Notes under the pieces: model-generated
Told to the model about the DNA's origin: nothing
The model's input: the letters and a program-made list of their open reading frames with translations, nothing else
The model's database searches: none
NCBI GenBank assembly: GCA_016708025.1
Contig: JADJGQ010000003.1
Coordinates: 448,457 to 512,456, forward strand
From: a bacterium
GTDB lineage: Bacteria > Zixibacteria > MSB-5A5 > GN15 > FEB-12
Direction of reading: 5' to 3'
Length of the DNA stretch: 64,000 nt
Program-made: the position numbers and the translations under genes
In this document: piece by piece, positions 1 through 9,076 of the stretch
Numbering within the stretch: the first letter of the stretch is position 1
Layout: each line of letters begins with the position of its first letter

Positions 1-3000
1 CGCCAATTATCCCCACTACGAACGCACGAACATACTTAATCCAAGTCTGCAGTATCCGATCGAGGCCCCAGCCTTCCAAAAGGGAAAGCAGTACGCCTGG
101 CAAGTACAGATTTTAGACAGCCGCGGCTATCCGCCGTCATCCAACAATGGACTGAGTGAGACCTGGAGTTTTCTGTACGATGCCGACACCACCACTCCTG
201 TCGAGTATCGTCGCATAGCTGGGCGAGTGATCGACTCTGCCACCAATCAGGCGATCACCGGCGCAACAGTCGTTTATCGACCGGTCAGATTGCGTGTGAC
301 AGACAGCGACTCAACCTGGGAAGTAAGCGATGATTCCATTCTGGCGATCAGCGGACCGTCGGGTGACTTCCGGATCGATAGCGCGATAAACAAAAGCTAC
401 TATGCTTTGACCGTTAGTCAGAAAGAATATCGTCCGAAAACTGCTATTGGCAGTCAAATGTATCTTAGTGGTGATATCGCGGAACAGGTAGTTCGCCTCA
501 CCTACCTCTCTCCCGGTATGCGTCGACTCGCCGGTATCGTCAGAGATTTCTTCACCAATGCGCCGGTGCCGAATGCGACTGTCACTTACCACGTTGTCAC
601 AGCTGTGACGACGACCGATACCAGTGGCGCCAATCACACTACTTACAATGACCATCCCCGCAAGCAATTGCAGACGGTGACCGATGCTCAGGGACGATTC
701 GAGTTCACTGAAACCGCCGATTCATCATATTACAGTCTCCAGTGCAGCGCCCCACCCGCCTACCTTGACTGCAAGGAGTCCGGCGAGACTCAATACCAGC
801 GCGGTGATATCGACAACTATACGCTGTTGATCAAGCCAAACGCCTGCAACCTTGCTGGTACCCTGACCTGGCCGGCGTACGAAGGGGTTGTCCCACTTCC
901 CAATACCATGGTGCAGTTGGTGAGGCTCTGCCGTGTCGAACACCGCACCGTGCAATTGCTACTCGGAGTATTCAGGACAGAAACCACAACCGAAGAAGTC
1001 GTGGCTTGCGGTCCCGAGGTCTCTGCGTATACCGGCCCAGATGGCCGCTTCGTTTTCACTCGGCTTCTTCCGCAGAGTCCCGATGATTTTGATCGGACCA
1101 ACTTGTCCGGGAATTTCGTCTATTCGCGTACGGTGGTCTCCAGACTGGTTGAGCTGACCTACAAAGTTAAAGTCGTCGATCCGAAATTTCAGCCCTATCT
1201 GTCGGTTGATTCCTTCGTCTTCCAACCGGGCGAAACGATCGAAACCGGCGAACATCAGTTAAAAGCCAAAGCCGGATCTATTGTCGGCCTGGTGCGCTGT
1301 GACACCGTGCCGGTCCCCGGCGCGAATGTCTACTTGTACAAAGCTGCGCGACGAACCCGAACTCCGGGCAACGCCTCTGCCGCTGGTACAAAGTCCGGCG
1401 CGAATGGAAGACTGCTCGGCTCGGGTGAGTCTGGTTCCTCCTCCGGCGACTCTGGCAGTTGGACCAACGAGCAGACAGGTCGACCCTCCGGAGAACCCCT
1501 CGCTCGAACCGCATCGGATCAGCAGGGAAACTACTTCTTTGCGCAAGTCCCGATCAACGACCCGCAACAGTCAACCGACCAGTATACTGTCTGGTTTGAT
1601 ACCGATGAGCACAACGATGCCGTCCGCGCCGCCCGTCTCGACCATGAGGGTCAGGCGGACACGGTCGATGTCAATTTGCTCCGCACCGGCGGACTGATCT
1701 ATGGCACGATCGTTGACAAGGGTGGCGCGTTCATTTCCGGCGCACGTGTCGAACTGCATCGACTGACCGACACACTCGCAGATTCGACAGCGACCTCATC
1801 CGACAGTCTGGTTGCCTGGAAGCAGACCGGCGAATCAGGCGCGTTCTCTTTCGCTGATCTTGAGCCAGCCACTTACTGGCTGACGTCCAGTCGGTCCGCA
1901 TACTCCACTGAAACGACGGGTCGATTCGAAGTCACATATGGTGATCGGCATCTCCGCGAACTGACGCTCAATCAGGCACAGGGAACGATTGCCATCACCG
2001 TGACTGATAAATCGTCCAGCAAGGGGATTCGCGACGTTTCGATCAAGTCGCCGCAGGTACCTTCGCTCGTCGGCTTCACCGCCGACAGCGGCAAGATCGT
2101 TGTTGACGCCATCGCTGATACCATCACCCTGCAGTTCCGCATGATCGGCTACGCCGACCTGGATACCTCCATTGTTGTGCCGCCACTCGATACGGTCAAA
2201 GTGAAGGTCACTCTTAATAAGCGGACCGGTGAATATCGACTGACTGTCATTGAGAAGGGAAACACTCCCGGCAAACCGCTCTCTGATATCCTGGTGACGG
2301 TCGGCAAATCCGACACGGCAACCACAGACTTCAACGGATATGCCATTTTCAAAGCGGCGCCTGCTGGAAAGCAGAAAATCAAAGTCTTCCCGCCGGACAC
2401 CAAGTACTACCTCAAAGATTACATCCCGTATGAAACCGAGGTAGAGATCCGCGAAGGGTTCAATCCCGATACCCTCGTAGTACAGCTTGTTCCGGCCGCG
2501 CGTCTAAGCGGTAAAGTGATCGATGCTGACTCTGCTAAGGCACTAAAAGACGTTTTGGTCAAGTTGGATGGTGGCTCCATTGAGACTCACACCAACGAAG
2601 ACGGCGAGTTCACGCTCAAGAATCTTCCGACTAATGAGACGATCAAGTTCCTGGTGAGAAAGGCCGGCTTCCGCAGCCTGTATCATACTTACGACAAAAA
2701 ACTGGTGGCAGGCGACAAGATCGAAGGTGTGACGATCAAGCTTGAGCGCTCCCCGATCGATTCGCTCATGGGCTTCGCTATTGCCCTGGATTCCATCGTC
2801 AGCAAGACCGGAGGAAACAGCCGCATCTTTGGCGCTATCGTTGATCTCCCCCCGACTTTCGGACTCAAACTCAAAGAATCCGGTACCGTACTCAACTTCA
2901 GCGACGTAGAAGTTGATGCTTCTTACAAGCCGGTCAACGATACTATCCGACTCTCCGCCAAGGAGCTTGCGGTCGAACTCTTTGGTTGCGAAGCAACCAT

Positions 3001-5071
3001 GAAGTACACTGATGGCCTGCAGTTGGAATGGGTCGACTCATCTAAAGCAGGCCGCATAACCGGAAACTTCACGATCAAAAACGTCTTCGAGAAGATCTTC
3101 CCGGATACAAAACTCCCTGAACTTTCGATCCCCAAGCAGTACGCCCCGTCATTCTGGGCAGGTGGTATCAATCGCGGTCTGGAGAAGTTCGGGCTCACTG
3201 CGACTGATTCGGAGATTCAGGCGAAATTCAAAGGTGTCGGACTCGGACTGGATTACCAGAAGACCTATGTTGACACCGGCGGCCTCCATCTGGCCGGTTC
3301 TCTCATCTTCAAAGAATATAAGGTCGGATTCGAGAATCTGAATCTCGGGCGTGATCCGGTCAGTAACGATATCGTCTTCAAAGCGGTCACCATCTCAACC
3401 AAGCCGCCTATCACTCTCAAGTTCGGTGTCTTTACTTTCGTCGACTCCTCTATGACCTGGGAGGCGACCGGCTTCCGCGCTTCGGGCGCGATCATTGTCC
3501 CGCCGCTCAACAACTGGACGGTCGGCTTCAAAGACCTGCGTATTTCGCCCGAGGGAGAGTTCCTCAGTCTGACGCTGAATCTTGACGAAAAGAACGGGAC
3601 GATCAAGGTACACGGACAGACCTTCCAGGTTAAGTCGCTGGAATACGGTACCGAGAATTTCGAGTCGGATACTCTTCCGCATAACCGGTTCTTCTCCTTC
3701 ACCGGTGAAATGAAATTCACCAAGTTGGACAAGCCGGTAGAGATCAAAGTCCGCTATAGCCAAAGCGACCAGTTCACCGGCAAGCTGACGTTTAACCAAT
3801 CCAAGACTTTCGCCGGATGTGTCACCCTGCAACTGGAGTCAATCGAACTTGGCTATGACAAAACCAAAGATGACCGCTTTGTCGGCTTCTCGGGCGGTGT
3901 CAAGTTTGGTTCGATCAAAGGTCTCTCCCTCCAGGCAAGTAACCTTCGCTTCTGGATGAGCGGCGCCGTCTCGGTTGATGAGATCAAAGCCGACTTCATC
4001 GCCGGTCCGGCCGAGATCGCCATCAAGATCCATTGGACGGATAGTCTCTTCGACGGAAGCGGCCTGATCCGCATCAAACCGGTCTTCAGCATGGGTGCGG
4101 AGTTCCGCTATGCGGGAAGCCAGGACTGGTGGATCAAAGTCACTGCCGGTATGCGTGTGCCGATGGGCCCCTGCGAATTGGTCGAGGTCCGCGGCGGTAT
4201 CGGCCGCAAAGACGACACCTGGCGTTTCCTCCTCGGTGGTCGCATTTCGCCTGCCAAACTAGATAAAGGGATCTCACTCGATATTGATGTCGAGGTTCAT
4301 TCCACTCCCAAAGGGGTGATCATCCTCGGCAACGCCTCGGTCGAAGTCGCCGGGAATCTCCAGATCGGGCGCGCCACCCTCGAGATCAATATCCCAGAGG
4401 AACGTGTCGTTGGCTCGATCGTCCTTGAATACAACAAGGAAGCTCTGGTCATCGGCGCTCAGGTTGATCTGGGCGTGCAGTTCGGTAAGTACTGGTATGT
4501 CCACGGTATGGCCAAGATCAAGTTCCTGGAGTTCTTCCATGCGGACGGCGTATTCGTTATCGCCAACAACTGGGAATGGCAGCACAAAGGAACACTGAAG
4601 AAGATCAGCGGCATTTATGTCGAATTGAACTCAGACTTCAGAGTTGACGCCAACTGGCGCGTGATCCGCTGGGGGCTTTACTTCGATCGTCATGGCATGA
4701 TCTACATCGGCTGGAACGGTGATTTCGCCGGATCGATCGATATGCGGGGCGGCGCCAATGCCTGGATCGGTCTCGATCTGGGTATTTTCGAGATCAGCCT
4801 CATTCAGGCGCAGGCCAACATGGCGTTCGCTGCCGCCATCTCCAAGACAGGTCCAGAGTGGGCCGCCATGGCTCATGGCAATTTCTCGCTGGAAGCTACC
4901 ATCGGATACTGCAACAATGCCAGATGCTGGTCGATCTGCTGGACATGCATCCTCCGCATTTTCGGCAAGTGCATCATCCCATTCCCGACCGGCGCCAAAG
5001 CCTGCGCCGCGATGTCGGCTGATGTCAGCTACAGTACGAGCCGTGGAACCAGTGTCAGTGTGAGCTTCTAA
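1..5071 (+). CDS. Giant exported/surface protein whose 5' end lies outside the window. It has tandem CarboxypepD_reg-like beta-sandwich repeats, then about 800 aa of beta-rich sequence of unassigned family and a Cys-rich tail.
   Basis: Frame 2 has no stop from nt 2 to the TAA at 5069-5071. Translated by eye, nt 2-226 read ANYPHYERTN...EYRRIAGR, so the 1614-aa track ORF is only part of a longer protein. Repeated units match carboxypeptidase-regulatory-like domains, e.g. IAGRVIDSATNQAITGATVVY, LAGIVRDFFTNAPVPNATVTY and LSGKVIDADSAKALKDVLVKL...NEDGEFTLKNLP. Confidence 0.75.
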   Translation, partial: ANYPHYERTNILNPSLQYPIEAPAFQKGKQYAWQVQILDSRGYPPSSNNGLSETWSFLYDADTTTPVEYRRIAGRVIDSATNQAITGATVVYRPVRLRVTDSDSTWEVSDDSILAISGPSGDFRIDSAINKSYYALTVSQKEYRPKTAIGSQMYLSGDIAEQVVRLTYLSPGMRRLAGIVRDFFTNAPVPNATVTYHVVTAVTTTDTSGANHTTYNDHPRKQLQTVTDAQGRFEFTETADSSYYSLQCSAPPAYLDCKESGETQYQRGDIDNYTLLIKPNACNLAGTLTWPAYEGVVPLPNTMVQLVRLCRVEHRTVQLLLGVFRTETTTEEVVACGPEVSAYTGPDGRFVFTRLLPQSPDDFDRTNLSGNFVYSRTVVSRLVELTYKVKVVDPKFQPYLSVDSFVFQPGETIETGEHQLKAKAGSIVGLVRCDTVPVPGANVYLYKAARRTRTPGNASAAGTKSGANGRLLGSGESGSSSGDSGSWTNEQTGRPSGEPLARTASDQQGNYFFAQVPINDPQQSTDQYTVWFDTDEHNDAVRAARLDHEGQADTVDVNLLRTGGLIYGTIVDKGGAFISGARVELHRLTDTLADSTATSSDSLVAWKQTGESGAFSFADLEPATYWLTSSRSAYSTETTGRFEVTYGDRHLRELTLNQAQGTIAITVTDKSSSKGIRDVSIKSPQVPSLVGFTADSGKIVVDAIADTITLQFRMIGYADLDTSIVVPPLDTVKVKVTLNKRTGEYRLTVIEKGNTPGKPLSDILVTVGKSDTATTDFNGYAIFKAAPAGKQKIKVFPPDTKYYLKDYIPYETEVEIREGFNPDTLVVQLVPAARLSGKVIDADSAKALKDVLVKLDGGSIETHTNEDGEFTLKNLPTNETIKFLVRKAGFRSLYHTYDKKLVAGDKIEGVTIKLERSPIDSLMGFAIALDSIVSKTGGNSRIFGAIVDLPPTFGLKLKESGTVLNFSDVEVDASYKPVNDTIRLSAKELAVELFGCEATMKYTDGLQLEWVDSSKAGRITGNFTIKNVFEKIFPDTKLPELSIPKQYAPSFWAGGINRGLEKFGLTATDSEIQAKFKGVGLGLDYQKTYVDTGGLHLAGSLIFKEYKVGFENLNLGRDPVSNDIVFKAVTISTKPPITLKFGVFTFVDSSMTWEATGFRASGAIIVPPLNNWTVGFKDLRISPEGEFLSLTLNLDEKNGTIKVHGQTFQVKSLEYGTENFESDTLPHNRFFSFTGEMKFTKLDKPVEIKVRYSQSDQFTGKLTFNQSKTFAGCVTLQLESIELGYDKTKDDRFVGFSGGVKFGSIKGLSLQASNLRFWMSGAVSVDEIKADFIAGPAEIAIKIHWTDSLFDGSGLIRIKPVFSMGAEFRYAGSQDWWIKVTAGMRVPMGPCELVEVRGGIGRKDDTWRFLLGGRISPAKLDKGISLDIDVEVHSTPKGVIILGNASVEVAGNLQIGRATLEINIPEERVVGSIVLEYNKEALVIGAQVDLGVQFGKYWYVHGMAKIKFLEFFHADGVFVIANNWEWQHKGTLKKISGIYVELNSDFRVDANWRVIRWGLYFDRHGMIYIGWNGDFAGSIDMRGGANAWIGLDLGIFEISLIQAQANMAFAAAISKTGPEWAAMAHGNFSLEATIGYCNNARCWSICWTCILRIFGKCIIPFPTGAKACAAMSADVSYSTSRGTSVSVSF

Positions 5072-5090
5072 CCGGATTGAGTAGAGGAAA

Positions 5091-7148
5091 ATGACTATGC
5101 ACATACTGCAATCAACACTCAGGCTCGCATCACTGATGCTCCTGACGATATTCCTTCTGCCGGTCCTCTCTACTGCGCAGGAGGAAGCCGAATTCGGCGT
5201 TTACCCGATGTCCGGGCCGGAGGGAATTCTCCTGGTCATCCAGGGACAACCCCTCCATCCGACCGTCGCCTCTCAGAACTCCGGTTGGGTCGGTTATCAT
5301 ATCTACCGCAAGGCAGACAGTGACACTAGTTATATCCGGATCACGTCCCAGCCGGTGTCGCGCGTCGGATCACTTGAGGAACTCGAGGCTTTTGCCGGTG
5401 GACCGATCGATGGACTGGAACGACTTGTTGGTCTCACAACCAAGCAAGAACTCTGGCAGCGGCTGGCCGCGAATGATTCGTCTGCGATGATCCTCGGCAT
5501 ATTCAGTCGCTCATTCTACGAAGCGATGGGTTTGTTGCGATGGGACCGCCTGGTCGAAAAGGGGAAAGCCTACAGCTATCGCGCTACCCGCGTCGACAAA
5601 AACGGCAAAGAATCTGAAGCCTCCGAACCGGTCAGCGCAACCTACGGCACTCCCCCCTTCTCACTGCTCGGGCCACTCGACCCGCAGATCGCAAATACCA
5701 AGAAAGGCGTCGAGTTAACTTGGCAAAGAAATCCTGACGATTCCGGCGGAATGAGCTATTCCGTATATCGCACACCGGACCTCGAGGGTTCTTTCATCCG
5801 CCTCAATCGTTACTCATTGATCCTGACTCCCGATTCCGCCACCGGCGAACCGCGCGGCACCTTTGTCGACACGACCGCCAGTCAGGGTCATGGATATTAC
5901 TATGCCGTCGTCTCAACTGACTATGCCGGCAATGAGAGCACCCGCGATAAAGTCCTTTCGATCCATGTCGCCGATCTGCTTCCTCCACCCATTCCACAGA
6001 ATGTCTTTGCTGATCCGGATGAGCTCGGAATCACGATCCGGTGGGACAAAGTCGACGATCCGGCGACTGCTGGCTACTATATCTACCGTAGTCTCGACCC
6101 TGACAGCAATTACATCAAGATCACCGAATCACTGCTTCCCTACGACACCGGGTGGTACATGGATCGCACTGCCACGGTGACCGATCGCGTTTTCTATCGT
6201 GTTTCTGCCGTCGACCAGTCCGGGAATGAGTCCGCCCCGTCCGCGCGGGCGCTCTCCCTCTACGAAAACTACGTGGTACCGCTTCCTCCGCAGGAAGTTC
6301 GGGCAATGCAGTCCGACAGCGGTGTTGTGATCTCGTGGATACGCAATGAAGAACCGGACCTGCAGGGATATTACCTCTTCCGCGCCGACAATTACGGCGG
6401 TGAACTGACTCAGATCTCCCCGTTGATCCCTCCGGACACACTCAATTATCGCGATTCATCGGACTACCTTTCCCCGCGCGGCGAATACTGGTACCTGGTG
6501 CAGGCGATCAATTTCACCGGCATCACCAGTCAGTATTCCGTACCAGTGGCGGTCAGCCCCTCCAAGGAAGAGTCTCCGGAACAGGTGCTGGCATTCTGGG
6601 GATATTATGAACCGGGCGCCGGCAGACTCTTCTGGCGTGCCCCCGATGATAATATGGTCGCGGGGTACAATCTCTATCGAACGACTACCGGGGATACCAC
6701 ACAATGGATTCTCCTCAATGCAAAGCCGCTAGACCGCACAGTCGGCGAATACCGCGACACGCTGGTCTCCCCAAATCAATTCTATCGCTATCGCATCTGC
6801 TCCGTGGATCCGAAAGGTCTTGAAGGCGACATGTCGCACATCGTCTCCTTTGTCACCTTTGAATCCGTCGCTCCACCTCCCGGAGGACTTCGTGTCGTCA
6901 GCACCGATGGCACGCCAAAACTGATCTGGAATCAGTCTCAGTTGAAGGAAATTGTCGGCTATCGCATTTACCGTCGCCAGGATAATATCGCCATGGCCAT
7001 TCATCCTCAGATGCTACCTGCCACGGCTAATGAGTATCAGGACACAACCGCCCAGCGAGGCATGAAGTACTACTACTCCATAAGCTCGGTGGACAGTTGG
7101 GGTCGCGAAAGCGAACGTAGCCCGGAGATAGAATACCTGGTTCGCTGA
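5091..7148 (+). CDS. Secreted protein with about six fibronectin type III-like domains
   Basis: N-terminal signal peptide (LASLMLLTIFLLPVLSTAQE). Six units end in the FN3-like strand motif: YSYRATRVDKNGKES, YYYAVVSTDYAGNES, FYRVSAVDQSGNES, WYLVQAINFTG, FYRYRICSVDPKGLE, YYYSISSVDSWGRES. It lies 19 nt downstream of the previous stop. Confidence 0.75.
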   Translation: MTMHILQSTLRLASLMLLTIFLLPVLSTAQEEAEFGVYPMSGPEGILLVIQGQPLHPTVASQNSGWVGYHIYRKADSDTSYIRITSQPVSRVGSLEELEAFAGGPIDGLERLVGLTTKQELWQRLAANDSSAMILGIFSRSFYEAMGLLRWDRLVEKGKAYSYRATRVDKNGKESEASEPVSATYGTPPFSLLGPLDPQIANTKKGVELTWQRNPDDSGGMSYSVYRTPDLEGSFIRLNRYSLILTPDSATGEPRGTFVDTTASQGHGYYYAVVSTDYAGNESTRDKVLSIHVADLLPPPIPQNVFADPDELGITIRWDKVDDPATAGYYIYRSLDPDSNYIKITESLLPYDTGWYMDRTATVTDRVFYRVSAVDQSGNESAPSARALSLYENYVVPLPPQEVRAMQSDSGVVISWIRNEEPDLQGYYLFRADNYGGELTQISPLIPPDTLNYRDSSDYLSPRGEYWYLVQAINFTGITSQYSVPVAVSPSKEESPEQVLAFWGYYEPGAGRLFWRAPDDNMVAGYNLYRTTTGDTTQWILLNAKPLDRTVGEYRDTLVSPNQFYRYRICSVDPKGLEGDMSHIVSFVTFESVAPPPGGLRVVSTDGTPKLIWNQSQLKEIVGYRIYRRQDNIAMAIHPQMLPATANEYQDTTAQRGMKYYYSISSVDSWGRESERSPEIEYLVR

Positions 7149-7173
7149 ATAGGATTAACCGGCAAATAAGCAT

Positions 7174-8874
7174 ATGACAAGTTCCCGATCCACTGGTTGG
7201 CTGAGCGCTCCCCTATTCATGGTGATCCTCGTTACCGGAATGGCGATGGCTCAATCTGATTCCTTGACCGCCAAGTCCTCCGGCTCGAGCTCTGCGCTCC
7301 GCTTCTCGGGTGAAATTGGGGCGTTTGGCGAACTCTACAATATGTCCGGCCGCCCCGACAACCGACCGTCATCCACCGGGCGGGTATTCCTCCGCTCCAC
7401 TCTGACTGCCTGGGAATCCATCAGCACCAACCTGAATCTGGTTCTTTCAACCGAAGGGAATTCCGCGCGCCAGGAAATCAACCAGCTTGATTTCAATCCG
7501 CGGTGGCGTTGGGGTGAGATGCACCTCGGTGACTTCACGACCGAATACACCCCGCTTACGCTTAACGGCATTCGCGTCCGCGGCGGATCGCTGATGCTGC
7601 AGCCAGGGAAGTTCCGGCTCGGTCTGCTCTCCGGTCGAACCAACCGCTCCGTGTCGACTGATTCCGATCGGCGCAGCTACGAACGGACGATCTCTGGTGG
7701 AGTGATTGGGATCGGCCAAACCCAGGGGTCACACTTCAATCTCACTTTCCTCACGGCCCGAGACCGCCTTGGTTCGCTGGCAGATATTCCGACCGACACC
7801 ACGATCGATACGCTCGGCATCGGCGATGATTCCACACAGAACCCGGTCAGTGTGACTCCGCAGGAGAATCTGGTTGTCTCGGCGTTGACAAACCTCAAGC
7901 TGTTTGATCGACATGTCACCTGGAGAAGTGAATTCAGCGCGAGTGCCATCACTCGTGATCGCCGCGCCGACCCGGTTGAGTCCGAAGATATCCCCGCTTT
8001 CCTCGCCGATATCTTCACCCCACGCGTCAGTAGCGGCGCTGATTACGCCTACACCACTGATCTGAATCTCGATCTCAAGAAGGTCGCGTTCACGGCGGGC
8101 TACAAATACATCGGCCCCGGCTATGTCTCCCTTGGAGTTACTTCTCTCCTCCCGGACCGCCAGACGGTCTCTGCCGGTATGCAATACCGTCATTCACGCG
8201 GCATGTTTAAGCTGGATGGCTCACACCAGACAGACAACCTGATCGACCAGAAGCTTGCAACAACGACTCGAACCCGCTTCTCCTCGGTCCTCACCTATCG
8301 TCTCGCCCGAGGCTGGAATGCCAATGCCGCTGTCACCGTGGCAGGTATGCAAAATGATGCCGCTGTGACCTCTTCCAAGGTCGATTACACCAGTCTGATG
8401 CTTCGCACTGGCCAAATCATGACTTTCTCGCGACGCCTCGGTCTCAAGATGCTGTCGCTCGACTATACGTATCAGCATGCCGAGGATCCCACCCCGGGTC
8501 GACAAACCAGTCGACTGGCCTCGCACTCGGCTACCCTCGGTAGTGCGATTGGCCTCACCGAATCATTGGAACTGACTGCTCAGTCAGGACTTGTCTCTTC
8601 GGAACGCGGCGACTCTCCTTCCGAATTATCACAAACCTATGCTCTCGGCCTCCGCAAATCTGCCTTGCAGGCGCGGCTGATGCTTTCAGCCACCACCACG
8701 ATCGCCGTGCAATCGCCGCATACCTCTTTCCGCAATGCCTTGCGCGGAAACTACCGGCTGACTCAAACCCTGTCGATGACCGCCGAGGTGGAAACCACCC
8801 TGCTTCGAGGCGGTCCGTCCACCAATCAGTACGAGGAGATCGCCTCGCGCCTGATGGTGACCCGGCAATTCTGA
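7174..8874 (+). CDS. Putative outer-membrane beta-barrel protein, family unassigned
   Basis: Signal peptide (LFMVILVTGMAMAQS), an alternating hydrophobic/polar strand pattern throughout, and a terminal aromatic residue (...MVTRQF). It lies 25 nt after the FN3 gene. Confidence 0.6.
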   Translation: MTSSRSTGWLSAPLFMVILVTGMAMAQSDSLTAKSSGSSSALRFSGEIGAFGELYNMSGRPDNRPSSTGRVFLRSTLTAWESISTNLNLVLSTEGNSARQEINQLDFNPRWRWGEMHLGDFTTEYTPLTLNGIRVRGGSLMLQPGKFRLGLLSGRTNRSVSTDSDRRSYERTISGGVIGIGQTQGSHFNLTFLTARDRLGSLADIPTDTTIDTLGIGDDSTQNPVSVTPQENLVVSALTNLKLFDRHVTWRSEFSASAITRDRRADPVESEDIPAFLADIFTPRVSSGADYAYTTDLNLDLKKVAFTAGYKYIGPGYVSLGVTSLLPDRQTVSAGMQYRHSRGMFKLDGSHQTDNLIDQKLATTTRTRFSSVLTYRLARGWNANAAVTVAGMQNDAAVTSSKVDYTSLMLRTGQIMTFSRRLGLKMLSLDYTYQHAEDPTPGRQTSRLASHSATLGSAIGLTESLELTAQSGLVSSERGDSPSELSQTYALGLRKSALQARLMLSATTTIAVQSPHTSFRNALRGNYRLTQTLSMTAEVETTLLRGGPSTNQYEEIASRLMVTRQF

Positions 8875-8960
8875 ACCAACTCGCCACCCTTCCCGAACAT
8901 CACCTAACCGCTCCGTCTTTGCCGGTACCGTGATCGGCCTGCCGCGCTCCCTGAAAAGCG

Positions 8961-8990
8961 TTGACAACATGGAGCCCTAATGTATATTAT
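8961..8990 (+). promoter_or_regulatory. Sigma-70-like promoter for the first tail-fibre-domain gene
   Basis: TTGACA at 8961-8966, then TATATT at 8983-8988 (16-nt spacer) or TATTAT at 8985-8990 (18-nt spacer). A 6-bp hairpin (AGGGCC/GGCCCT) sits at 9003-9020 in the leader, and AAGGAG at 9065-9070 precedes the ATG at 9077. Confidence 0.5.
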
Positions 8991-9076
8991 TAAAGAAGTG
9001 TTAGGGCCGGGTCTGGCCCTCATACCGTCATCCAGTTACAGCATTACATCATTCAGCACCTAGTAAGGAGTGCCTC

